From an uncultured Mycoplasmatota bacterium (lineage in GTDB: Bacteria; Bacillota_I; Bacilli_A; RF39; UBA660): a DNA stretch of 64,000 bases. The notes beneath the pieces are model-generated. The model ran no database searches. It had not been told where the DNA came from and saw only the letters and a list, made by a program, of their open reading frames with translations. Of this stretch, positions 37,239 to 46,563 are shown one piece after another. Location of the stretch: positions 10,316 to 74,315 of the forward strand of contig CAMMMH010000003.1 of the NCBI GenBank assembly GCA_946497955.1, in the 5' to 3' direction. The stretch's first letter is position 1; each line of letters begins with the position of its first letter. Position numbers and translations under genes: made by a program.

Positions 37239-40200
37239 ATTTACTGAAGCTCAACAAAAAGCGATAGATTTAGAAGGTTCTAACATTTTAGTTAGTGCAG
37301 GAGCAGGGAGTGGTAAGACTGCTGTTTTAACAGAAAGAGTCTTAAGGAAAATAAAAGAAGGGACACATATTAACGAACTTTTAATCTTAACATTCACTAA
37401 TAAAGCTGCCCTTGAAATGAAAGAGCGGGTTAGAAAAAAACTTAAAGAAAATGAAATCTTAGATGAATTAGATTTACTTGATAGTAGTTATATCACTACC
37501 TTTGATGCTTATTCCCTTGCTTTAGTTAAAAAATATGCTGATACTATTCACTTATCAAGTAATATAACAATTGCCGAATCTAGTGTCTTAGAACTTGCTA
37601 AAAAAGAGATATTAGATGAGATATTTTTAGATTATTATGATAGATGTCCTAATGACTTTCTTAATTTAATTACTAAATTTTGTCTTAAAGATGATAAAAC
37701 TCTTAAGAAAAGGATATTAGAACTTGATAGTAGTCTAGATTTAAAACTAGATAAAGATGAATTTATTAATACTTATATCTCTAAATATTATAGCGATGAA
37801 GTAATAGATAAATATATAAATGAATATTTAGAACTTCTTAAGAATAAAAAGGAAGAGATTATAAATTTATATGAAGAAGTTAGAGCTTTAACATCTAGTA
37901 AATATTTAGAACAGTTAGAAGAGGCATTTTTACCTTTTATAAATGCCAGTACTTATGAAGAGTTAAGAAGAACTATTTTTACATCTTTGCCTAGAGCAAG
38001 AACAGGTGTAGATAGTGATTCTAAAGAGACTAGAGATAATTTAACAGCATTACTAAAAGAGTTTAAAGACTTAGTTATATATGAAAGTGCCAACGATATT
38101 AAAGCTAGTATTATTAAGACTAAAGAATATATCTCTTGTATTTTAGAACTAGTTAAAGAATTAGATAAGAGATTTACTCTATATAAGGAAGAAAATAACT
38201 ACTATACTTTTATGGATATAGAGAAGCTTGCTATTAGTCTTGTCCGTGATAATTTAGAGATTAGAGAAGAAGTTAAGAATGGTTTTAAAGAAATATTAAT
38301 AGATGAATATCAAGATACTAATGATATCCAAGAGACTTTTATTAGTTATATTAGTAAAGATAATGTCTATATGGTAGGAGATATTAAACAATCTATTTAT
38401 CGTTTCCGTAATGCTAATCCTTCTATTTTTAAAGATAAGTATGATAACTATAAGAAAGGTATTGGGGGTAGAGTAATAGATCTTGCTAAGAACTTTAGAA
38501 GTAGAAGAGAAGTCTTAGATGATATTAATCTATTCTTTTCTCATATTATGGATGATTATTTAGGAGAAGCAGATTATAATAATGGGCATGCGATGGTCTT
38601 TGGTAATATGACTTATGAGGCAAGTGCCAAAACTACTAATAATAATTACTTGGAGATATATACTTATGATGCTAAAGATAAGGAGTTTAGTAAACTAGAA
38701 AAAGAAGCCTTTATTATTGCATATGATATTAAAGAAAAAGTTAATAGTAAGTACTTAGTCTATGATAAAGATGAAGATACTTTAAGAGAAATAGAGTATC
38801 GGGACTTTGTAATTCTTTTAGATAGAGCGACTGATTTTACTACTTATAAACAAGTCTTTGAATATTTAGGACTACCTATTACTTTGTATGAAGATGAAAA
38901 GACTAGTGGTAGTACAGATTTATATTTATTAAAAAACTTCTTTATTATAGCAAAATCTATTATTACTAACACTTATGATACTAAGTTTCGTCTTGCTTTC
39001 ACTTCCATCGCTCGTAGTTTTCTTTTCTCTTATACAGATGATGAAATCTATCAGTGTTTAGTTAATAATACTTATAAAGAGACAACTGTCTTTAAACTAT
39101 TTAAGGAAATATTAGAAAATATTGATTTGTTAACACCAGTTACTTACTTAGAAAATGTTTTAGATAAACTAAATTATATAGATAAACTTACTTTGATAGG
39201 TAATGTCGAGATTAACTCTAGTAGAATGGAATATTTCTATAACTTAATAACAAATCTTGAAAATAGTAATTTTACTATCCTTGATGTATGTGATTACTTA
39301 GAAAAAATTAATAATCTTAAGTTAGAGATAAAACTTGCTATTAGTAAAGAAGATAGTAATAGTGTTAAGATTATGACTATTCATAAATCTAAAGGACTAG
39401 AATATCCTATCTGTTACTTTGCAGGATTTTATAAAGACTTTAATAAAGATGAATATAAGAGTAATGTTTTATTTGATGAAGATTATGGCATCATTATAGA
39501 TGAAGTAGATACTAATAATAAATTAATTACTAAGACTCTTTCCTTAGAGAAGTTAAAACAAAAAGATATTAGTGAAAAGATTAGACTTTTATATGTCGCT
39601 TTAACTCGGGCAAGAGAGAAAATGATTATAGTTATGCCTAATATCGAAAATGATAAAGAAATAGGAGATATTGTTAGTACTTATGATAGGCTTAATTATA
39701 CTAACTTTGCTAAGATGGTTATTAGTGTAGCATCTCTATTTAAAGATAAAACTAAAGAAATAACTGATATTAAAGATATATCTAAAGCTTACTTAGAAGT
39801 TAAGAAGGTAGATTCTAAAATAAATAATAATATTAAAGAGTTAGAGATTATTCCTTCTATTTATGATAATAGTGTTTTAGAAAAAGAAACATATCATAAA
39901 GAAAGTGATGATGCTAAAACTAAGAACGAGTTAAAACTTCTAGAAGTAGGAAGAGTTGTTCATACTTTATTTGAAAGAATAGACTTTACTAATAACAAGT
40001 TACCTTATATAGAAGATAACTATTATAAAGATAAACTTACTAAGTTTCTTAATAGTAGTTTTATGAGACAATATAAAGATTATAAAAAATATCAAGAATA
40101 TGAATTTATTTATGAAAATAGTAATATAACTTATCATGGTAAAATAGACTTATTATTGGTTAGTGATAAGGAATCTATTATTATAGACTACAAACTTAAA

Positions 40201-40326
40201 AATACTAAAGATAAAGCTTATATAGACCAACTTAATGGCTACAGAGAAGTAATTAGTAATAAGTTAAATCTACCAACTAGTTGCTATTTATATTCGATAA
40301 TAGATGAAGTTTTCGAGAAAATTTGA
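37231..40326 (+). CDS. addA: ATP-dependent helicase/nuclease subunit AddA
   Basis: MPKFTEAQQKAI...GAGSGKT Walker A, DEYQDT, UvrD-like motifs, C-terminal nuclease (GKIDLLLV...IIDYK). The ATG at 37231 overlaps the addB stop by 8 nt. The track start at 37192 is an artefactual extension. Confidence 0.9.
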   Translation: MPKFTEAQQKAIDLEGSNILVSAGAGSGKTAVLTERVLRKIKEGTHINELLILTFTNKAALEMKERVRKKLKENEILDELDLLDSSYITTFDAYSLALVKKYADTIHLSSNITIAESSVLELAKKEILDEIFLDYYDRCPNDFLNLITKFCLKDDKTLKKRILELDSSLDLKLDKDEFINTYISKYYSDEVIDKYINEYLELLKNKKEEIINLYEEVRALTSSKYLEQLEEAFLPFINASTYEELRRTIFTSLPRARTGVDSDSKETRDNLTALLKEFKDLVIYESANDIKASIIKTKEYISCILELVKELDKRFTLYKEENNYYTFMDIEKLAISLVRDNLEIREEVKNGFKEILIDEYQDTNDIQETFISYISKDNVYMVGDIKQSIYRFRNANPSIFKDKYDNYKKGIGGRVIDLAKNFRSRREVLDDINLFFSHIMDDYLGEADYNNGHAMVFGNMTYEASAKTTNNNYLEIYTYDAKDKEFSKLEKEAFIIAYDIKEKVNSKYLVYDKDEDTLREIEYRDFVILLDRATDFTTYKQVFEYLGLPITLYEDEKTSGSTDLYLLKNFFIIAKSIITNTYDTKFRLAFTSIARSFLFSYTDDEIYQCLVNNTYKETTVFKLFKEILENIDLLTPVTYLENVLDKLNYIDKLTLIGNVEINSSRMEYFYNLITNLENSNFTILDVCDYLEKINNLKLEIKLAISKEDSNSVKIMTIHKSKGLEYPICYFAGFYKDFNKDEYKSNVLFDEDYGIIIDEVDTNNKLITKTLSLEKLKQKDISEKIRLLYVALTRAREKMIIVMPNIENDKEIGDIVSTYDRLNYTNFAKMVISVASLFKDKTKEITDIKDISKAYLEVKKVDSKINNNIKELEIIPSIYDNSVLEKETYHKESDDAKTKNELKLLEVGRVVHTLFERIDFTNNKLPYIEDNYYKDKLTKFLNSSFMRQYKDYKKYQEYEFIYENSNITYHGKIDLLLVSDKESIIIDYKLKNTKDKAYIDQLNGYREVISNKLNLPTSCYLYSIIDEVFEKI

Positions 40327-40398
40327 CAAATTGCTAATTTTGTAGTATAATACAAGCAACTTCAAGATATGGGGGTTTTAATAAAGGGGGTTTTACAT

Positions 40399-40818
40399 AT
40401 GGAGAAGTCATTTATATTTGAATATTTAGATGAGAATGATTTTAGAAAAAGAGAACGTTCTGTAAGAAAATATAATATGTTAGCTTATAAAAAATTAACA
40501 TTTGAATATTATCCAGAACTTAGACGTGGTCATTTTTTAGGTGAAAAGGTTAGTGAAGATACTAAAGCAGGTACCATGAACTATGAACTTAAATTACCAA
40601 CAGATGAGTTATTCGCTAAAGTACATGGAGAGATTAGAGTTCATTATACAGTATACCCTGATAAACGTGTTATTCTACTTACCAATATTACTCCAGAAGG
40701 TATTTTAAATGAAGGTCATATGGCTGAGTTATCTACTTATAAAGGAGTAATGATATCTAAATCTCACCCTGAAAAAGATATGTTTAAAATCAACTTATTA
40801 AATATGCTAAACAAATAG
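40399..40818 (+). CDS. Hypothetical protein
   Basis: ATG 40399 follows AAAGGGGG. No recognisable motif. The segment GEIRVHYTVYPDKRVILLTNITP is only weakly reminiscent of RelE/ParE-fold strands. Confidence 0.5.
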   Translation: MEKSFIFEYLDENDFRKRERSVRKYNMLAYKKLTFEYYPELRRGHFLGEKVSEDTKAGTMNYELKLPTDELFAKVHGEIRVHYTVYPDKRVILLTNITPEGILNEGHMAELSTYKGVMISKSHPEKDMFKINLLNMLNK

Positions 40819-40902
40819 TCATAAAAGTATGGCTATTTTTTTTGCAAAAACTCTTGCAGAACTTTAGAATTTATGCTAATATTAAATAGCAGTGATTATT
40901 AT

Positions 40903-40979
40903 GGACCCTTAGCTCAGTTGGTTAGAGCATCCGGCTCATAACCGGACGGTCGATGGTTCGAGTCCATCAGGGTCCACCA
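40903..40979 (+). tRNA. tRNA with anticodon CAT (elongator type; Met or lysidine-modified Ile2)
   Basis: Cloverleaf read by eye: acceptor GGACCCT/AGGGTCC, D-arm GCTCAGTTGGTTAGAGC, anticodon stem TCCGG/CCGGA with loop CTCATAA, T-arm GATGG-TTCGAGT-CCATC, encoded CCA. G1-C72 and the absence of a GGG/CCC anticodon stem exclude an initiator. Confidence 0.9.
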
Positions 40980-40987
40980 TTTATCTT

Positions 40988-41071
40988 GCGGGTATGGCGG
41001 AATTGGCAGACGCGCTAGACTTAGGATCTAGTGTCTTAGACGTGCAGGTTCAACTCCTGTTACCCGCACCA
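40988..41071 (+). tRNA. tRNA-Leu (anticodon TAG)
   Basis: GCGGGTA acceptor, long variable arm (class II), anticodon loop CTTAGGA, T-arm GCAGG-TTCAACT-CCTGT, encoded CCA. Confidence 0.9.
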
Positions 41072-41200
41072 GAAAGCAATATGTCTGAACTTTTATAGTT
41101 CAGGACTTAAATATATAAGTATCAAGCTCTAAAAAGGTTGGTACTTTTTTAGTACTTGAGAAAGAAATAGAATTACTAATTTGAATTTGGAGGATAACTT

Positions 41201-42054
41201 ATGGAAAGTAGAAATTATTCAAAAAATAAAGGAAAAAAATTGGTAAATGCAATATATGCGGTCAAGAAGCAGAATTAACTTGGGATCATGTTCCTCCAAA
41301 ATTTTGTTTTAACACTGAAAAAGTAAAATATAATAAAATATTAGATATACATAATAGCAAACCATTAAAAGAAAGTCAAAATGGAGTGAAATTTCGTTCT
41401 ATTTGTAATGATTGTAATAATCGTTTATTGGGTAGTAAATATGATAAAGAGTATAAAAAATTAGTCGATTTATTATATAATTTATATACTTCAAAGACCA
41501 AGCTTGAGCCTTACGTTGATATCGAAGGACTTCAAGTGAACAAGATTGCTCGAGCCATTGTTGGACATTTCTTAGCATCAAAAAGCTCTTTTAGTAACAA
41601 TCTATTTGAAAAAAAATTAAGAGATTATTTTCTAGATGAGACTAAATTACCACCAAAAGAAATGAGTTTATTATATTACGTTTATATTTATAATACAATC
41701 ATAATTATGAGAGATTTTATACCTAAAAAAATGGACAATCATCAATACAAGATTCCTAGTGGATTTATGAGTTGTATTAATTCTTTTCCACTAGCATTTA
41801 TTCTTGTTGATAAACCTGATGATAAATGTGGTTTATATGATCTGTTTGACTATTGTACTAATAATATTGATGAGACGATAAAAATTAGAATTGATTTGTT
41901 ATCGTATCTATATACTGATAAAAAAACACTAAGGGATCCATATTGGCCATGTAGTGTTAATGATAGTGAAACTGGAACCGATATGATTTTATTGTCAGAA
42001 GATAGTCAAACAGATTCAATTTTTTCCACAAAACGAAATTTTAGCATAAAATGA
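41201..42054 (+). pseudogene. HNH-like endonuclease-domain gene, frameshifted in an A7 run
   Basis: GGAGGA RBS + ATG 41201 gives MESRNYSKNKGKK, then runs out of frame. The -1 frame continues IGKCNICGQEAELTWDHVPPKF...NGVKFRSICNDCNNRLLG (CxxC...DH...N...CxxC, HNH-like) into the 222-aa track ORF. A stop at 41227-41229 closes that frame upstream. The switch point is the A-run at 41233-41239. Confidence 0.55.
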
Positions 42055-42319
42055 TATATCAATAAAAACATCAACATGCTTGCTTTATTAATTTGCAATT
42101 GTATAAAAGTATGTAATGGCTTATGTAAGGATTGATTCATAATATTCTCTTCTTTGTATAATTATTTATTAATATTTTCTAAAGAAAACTCAAGACATGC
42201 AAGATTATTAAATTGATCTACATAATCATATAGATGAACAAATAGTTTAATGAATAATTTAAATGATCATATAGTAGTTAGTATATGCTAAAAAAGAAAT
42301 TTATAGAAAAATAGTTATT

Positions 42320-42365
42320 AAAAATTAAAAATTGCTCTATAAATTTAGGGCAATTTTTAATTTTT
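42320..42365. repeat. Perfect 16-bp inverted repeat upstream of the capsule promoter
   Basis: AAAAATTAAAAATTGC (42320-42335), 14-nt loop, GCAATTTTTAATTTTT (42350-42365). Confidence 0.6.
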
Positions 42366-42397
42366 AAGCTATAAAGTCAATAAATTTTAAAAATTTG

Positions 42398-42426
42398 TTG
42401 ACTAGTTGTATATCAAATGCTATAAT
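42398..42426 (+). promoter_or_regulatory. Consensus sigma-A promoter of the capsule/EPS operon
   Basis: TTGACT, 17 nt, TATAAT. About 32 nt upstream of the first cps gene. Confidence 0.6.
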
Positions 42427-42458
42427 AACAGCGATTTATACGTATTCAGGAGGGTTTT

Positions 42459-43127
42459 ATGGAAGAGATTAATTTAAAAGAAGTATATACATACTTCAAA
42501 TTCAGAATACTTTGGATACTTATAGCAATAGTTGCAATTGTAGTTATCGGTAATATTTATACAATTATTACTAGAGTTCCAATGTATCAAAGTAATACTA
42601 CACTTGTTTTAGTTGGTGAGAGCAAAAAAGGTTATAGTCAAAGTGACTCAGTATTAAATCAAAATTTGATTGGTACCTATAGTCAAATTATTACAAGTAG
42701 AACAGTATTATCGCAAGTAATAGATAATTTAAAACTAAAAACTACAACAGAAAGTTTATCAAAAAATATTACAACATCATCAGTAGAAGATACAGAAATT
42801 ATTAAAATTACTGTAAATAGTTCTAAAAGAAAAGAAGCTGCTAAAATAGCCGATGAAGTAGCTACTGTATTTTCTAAAGAAGTACAAGATATCTATAATC
42901 TAGAAAATGTTACAATTATAGATAAAGCTGAGATTGCTACTTCTCCTTATAACATTAACTATGTAAAAGACAATATTATCTATTTAATGATAGGAATCGT
43001 ATTATCTTTTGGTGTAGTATTTGTTATGTATTATTTTGATACTACTATTAAATCAAGTGAAGTAGTAGAAGAAAAATTAGGACTTCCTGTTATTGGAATT
43101 GTTCCTAAAGAAGAAGATAAGGAGTAG
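42459..43127 (+). CDS. Wzz/CpsC-type chain-length determinant (BY-kinase transmembrane modulator)
   Basis: Two terminal TM helices around a soluble loop. Precedes the BY-kinase gene. Confidence 0.85.
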   Translation: MEEINLKEVYTYFKFRILWILIAIVAIVVIGNIYTIITRVPMYQSNTTLVLVGESKKGYSQSDSVLNQNLIGTYSQIITSRTVLSQVIDNLKLKTTTESLSKNITTSSVEDTEIIKITVNSSKRKEAAKIADEVATVFSKEVQDIYNLENVTIIDKAEIATSPYNINYVKDNIIYLMIGIVLSFGVVFVMYYFDTTIKSSEVVEEKLGLPVIGIVPKEEDKE

Positions 43128-43132
43128 TGATT

Positions 43133-43861
43133 ATGACAACAGATTTAATAATTAATGCTAACCCTAAATCAGTATTTAGTGAAGCTATTAAAACAATTCG
43201 TACTAATCTTGCTTTTCAAGCAATAGATAAAGAAATGAAAGTAATACTATTAACATCACCTATGTCAGGAGATGGTAAGAGTTTTATAACAGCAAATCTT
43301 GCTGTAGCATATGCTCAAGAAGGTAAAAAAGTATTAGTAGTAGATTGTGATTTAAGAAGAGGAAGACAACATGAAATATTTGAAGTAATGAATCTAACTA
43401 GTGGTGGATACTCTAATTTAATACTAAATTATAAAGATGATATAAAATTAAAAAAATATATAGTTGAAACTACCAACAAAAATATAGATTTATTACCAAC
43501 AGGACCAACACCACCAAATCCTGTAGAACTACTAGTTTCTGAAAATAATAAAAAACTAATGGAACAATTAAGAGATAAATATGATATTATACTTCTTGAT
43601 TGTCCACCAGTCTTAGGGCTTAGTGATACAATGATAATGACTAAATATAGTGATACTAATATTGTCGTTGTAAGTAATAAAAAAACTAAAATAGAAAGTT
43701 TAGATAAAGCTAAAAAAGTATTTGAAAAAGCTAATACTAAAATATCAGGAGTAATTATAAATAAAGCATCAGTTAAAGATAATAGTTACTATAGTTATTA
43801 CTCTAATGAATACTATGGTGATGGAAATAAAAGTAAGAAAAAGAAGAAAAGAAAAAGATGA
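43133..43861 (+). CDS. CpsD/CapB-type tyrosine-protein kinase (BY-kinase)
   Basis: Walker A SPMSGDGKS, Walker A' VLVVDCDLRR, Walker B IILLDCPP, C-terminal Tyr cluster SYYSYYSNEYYG. Confidence 0.9.
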   Translation: MTTDLIINANPKSVFSEAIKTIRTNLAFQAIDKEMKVILLTSPMSGDGKSFITANLAVAYAQEGKKVLVVDCDLRRGRQHEIFEVMNLTSGGYSNLILNYKDDIKLKKYIVETTNKNIDLLPTGPTPPNPVELLVSENNKKLMEQLRDKYDIILLDCPPVLGLSDTMIMTKYSDTNIVVVSNKKTKIESLDKAKKVFEKANTKISGVIINKASVKDNSYYSYYSNEYYGDGNKSKKKKKRKR

Positions 43862-44586
43862 AAGATATGCATTCACATCTCTTGTATGGAATAGATGATG
43901 GCAGTAAGGATATAAGTGAGAGTATAACTTTATTAAAAGAAGCTGAAAAACAAGGGATTACTGAGTTAATGATTACTCCGCATTATATAGAAGATAGTAA
44001 ATATAATTGTAATAATAAAGAAAAGATAAAACGCTTTAATGAACTAAAAGAAGAAGTAGAAAAAGAAAAGATAAATATAAAATTGTATTTAGGTAACGAA
44101 GTGTTAATAAATGAAAATATTTTAAAATTAATAAAAAACAAAGAAATAACTACCTTAAATAATTCTAAATATATTTTAATAGAATTTCCTTTAGGTAATA
44201 TGTTATATAATACTAAAGATATAATTTATAACCTAATAGTAAAAGGATACGTTCCAATACTAGCTCATCCAGAAAGATATAGAATCTTTCAAAAACATAG
44301 AGAACATATAGAGGAATATCTAAGAATGGGGGTATTACTACAAGGAAACTATAAAAGTTTGTTTGGAAAATATGGTAAAGATGCCAAAAAAACTTTAATT
44401 TATTTATTAAAAAATCATAAGATAACATTTTTAGGAAGTGATTGTCATCATGATGGAGATTTTAAGATAAAAAAATTAAAAAAGAAATTGAAATTGATAT
44501 TAAAAAATGATAACATGATAGAGGATGTGTTAAAAAATAATTTTGATAAAGTTATACTAAATGAAAACTTTAGTATAAAAAGGTGA
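43858..44586 (+). CDS. CpsB-type PHP-family tyrosine-protein phosphatase
   Basis: MHSHLLYGIDDGS, ITPHY, LAHPERY, GSDCHH metal-binding motifs. Confidence 0.9.
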   Translation: MKDMHSHLLYGIDDGSKDISESITLLKEAEKQGITELMITPHYIEDSKYNCNNKEKIKRFNELKEEVEKEKINIKLYLGNEVLINENILKLIKNKEITTLNNSKYILIEFPLGNMLYNTKDIIYNLIVKGYVPILAHPERYRIFQKHREHIEEYLRMGVLLQGNYKSLFGKYGKDAKKTLIYLLKNHKITFLGSDCHHDGDFKIKKLKKKLKLILKNDNMIEDVLKNNFDKVILNENFSIKR

Positions 44587-44617
44587 GAGTATTAAAAGTG
44601 GTAGGAGTGTAGTTAAT

Positions 44618-45376
44618 ATGAACGAAATGATTGATGTAGTCGATGATGACAATAAAGGAAAAGAAGAAGATTTTATTAAAACTAGTGAAATAATAGTAGA
44701 TGTTAATGAATATGAAGAAGTAAAGAAAAAAGTATCAGCATTATCATCAGTAAGAGAGTTAGTTTATTTGTTTGTAAAAAGATGTTTTGATATAGTATGT
44801 GGATTAATAGGAGTAGTATGTTTAGTACCATTGATTGTTATAGTGAAGATTGTAAATATATGTAATAAAGACTTTGATTCTATATTCTATTTTCAAAAAA
44901 GAATTGGAAAAGATGGTAAAGAGTTTAAACTATATAAATTTAGATCAATGGTTGTTAATGCAGATGAAATATTAGAACAAACTTTAAAAAATGATAAAAA
45001 AATAGCTGAAGAGTGGAAGAAATATCAAAAATTTGAAAACGATCCAAGAATTACTAAAATAGGTAACATTCTTAGAAAGACATCTCTTGATGAAGTTCCC
45101 CAATTTATTAACATCTTAAAAGGTGATATGACTATGATTGGCCCTAGGCCACTAGTACCAGGAGAATTAGATTCACATAATGGTAATCATGAAATATATG
45201 AAAGTGTAAGGCCTGGTATTACTGGATGGTGGGCATGTAATGGTAGAAGTGCTACTACATATGAAGAAAGATTAGATTTAGAATATTATTATGTAAAGAA
45301 TAGAAGTTTATGGTTAGATATTAAGTGTGTGTTTAAAACAATAAGTGCAGTATTAACAAAAAAAGGAGCTAAGTAA
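44618..45376 (+). CDS. Initiating undecaprenyl-phosphate sugar-phosphate transferase (bacterial sugar transferase family)
   Basis: Single TM helix plus FKLYKFRSM, DELPQ-like DEVPQFINILKGDMTMIGPRPL motifs. Confidence 0.85.
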   Translation: MNEMIDVVDDDNKGKEEDFIKTSEIIVDVNEYEEVKKKVSALSSVRELVYLFVKRCFDIVCGLIGVVCLVPLIVIVKIVNICNKDFDSIFYFQKRIGKDGKEFKLYKFRSMVVNADEILEQTLKNDKKIAEEWKKYQKFENDPRITKIGNILRKTSLDEVPQFINILKGDMTMIGPRPLVPGELDSHNGNHEIYESVRPGITGWWACNGRSATTYEERLDLEYYYVKNRSLWLDIKCVFKTISAVLTKKGAK

Positions 45377-45407
45377 AAAAAGTACTTATTTAACATGAGT
45401 ACTTTTT
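45377..45407 (+). terminator. Intra-operon hairpin (weak terminator/attenuator) after the priming transferase gene
   Basis: AAAAAGTACT / AGTACTTTTT perfect 10-bp arms with an 11-nt loop. Confidence 0.35.
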
Positions 45408-45427
45408 AATTTAAAGAGGTGTCGGTT

Positions 45428-46543
45428 ATGGTAAAAAATCCAAATGTAGTAAGAGTAGCCCAGATAATGGGCAAATGGCTTGGTGGGGGAGTAGAAGCAG
45501 TAGTCATGAATTACTATCGACATATAGATAGAAATAAAATACAATTCGATTTTATTTGTGACGAAGATTCTACTTGTATTCCAAAAGAAGAAATTGAAAA
45601 ACTAGGAGGAAAAATAATATTAATTCCTCCATATCAAAAAGTATTTAAATATCATAAAGAACTAAAAAAAGTATTAAAAGAAGGTAACTATAAAATAGTA
45701 CATTCCCATATTAATGCATTAAGTGTATTCTCATTATGGGCTGCAAAAAGTGCTAAAGTTCCAGTAAGAATAGCACATAGTCATTCTACATCTAATAAAA
45801 AAGAATGGAAAAAGACATTATTAAAAAATATATTAAGACCATTCAGCAAAGTATTCGCAACAGACTATTTCTGTTGTAGTGAATTAGCTGGTAGATGGTT
45901 ATTTGGAAATAAAACCTATGATAAAGGAAAAGTATATTTATTAAATAATGCAATTGACGTTGATAAATTTAAATACAATGAAAAAGTAAGAAAAGGAAAA
46001 AGAAAAGAATTAAATATTAAAGATAAAGATCTAGTAATAGGACACATTGGAAGATTTGTAAAACAAAAGAATCATGAATTTTTAATTGATATATTTAACG
46101 AAATTTATAAACAAAACAAAAATACAATTCTTTTACTAGCAGGAGAAGGGCCATTAAAAGAAGAAATAGAACAAAAAGTAAAAGATTTAAATCTAGAAAA
46201 GAGCGTAAAATTTCTAGGTCAAAGAAACGATGCAAATGAACTATATCAAGCAATGGATGCTTTTGTTTTACCAAGTCTATATGAAGGATTACCAGTTGTT
46301 GGAGTAGAAGCACAAGCAGCAGGGCTACCTTGTTTCTTCTCAACAGATATGACCAAAGAAACAAAAGTATTAAAAACAACAAAATTTATTGAATTAACAG
46401 AAAGTCCACAAAAATGGGCGTCAAAAATTTTAAAAGAATTAAAGAATTATAAAAGAATAGATACAACACAAGAAATAACAGGAAACAAGTTTAATATAGA
46501 AAAAGAATCAGAAAAATTAGAGCAAAAATATATTAAATTTTAA
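45428..46543 (+). CDS. Glycosyltransferase family 1 (GT4-type), paralog A
   Basis: C-terminal PSLYEGLPVVGVEAQAAGLP (EX7E region). Paralogous to 47738-48862 and 49932-51044. Confidence 0.85.
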   Translation: MVKNPNVVRVAQIMGKWLGGGVEAVVMNYYRHIDRNKIQFDFICDEDSTCIPKEEIEKLGGKIILIPPYQKVFKYHKELKKVLKEGNYKIVHSHINALSVFSLWAAKSAKVPVRIAHSHSTSNKKEWKKTLLKNILRPFSKVFATDYFCCSELAGRWLFGNKTYDKGKVYLLNNAIDVDKFKYNEKVRKGKRKELNIKDKDLVIGHIGRFVKQKNHEFLIDIFNEIYKQNKNTILLLAGEGPLKEEIEQKVKDLNLEKSVKFLGQRNDANELYQAMDAFVLPSLYEGLPVVGVEAQAAGLPCFFSTDMTKETKVLKTTKFIELTESPQKWASKILKELKNYKRIDTTQEITGNKFNIEKESEKLEQKYIKF

Positions 46544-46563
46544 AAGTAGAAAAAGGTGATAAC

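Noticed and set aside
40399-40818. The 139-aa ORF after addA as a RelE/ParE-type toxin.
   Set aside because: The only basis is a vague strand-like segment (RVHYTVYPDKRVILLTNITP). There is no adjacent antitoxin-sized ORF and no catalytic motif. It is left as hypothetical.
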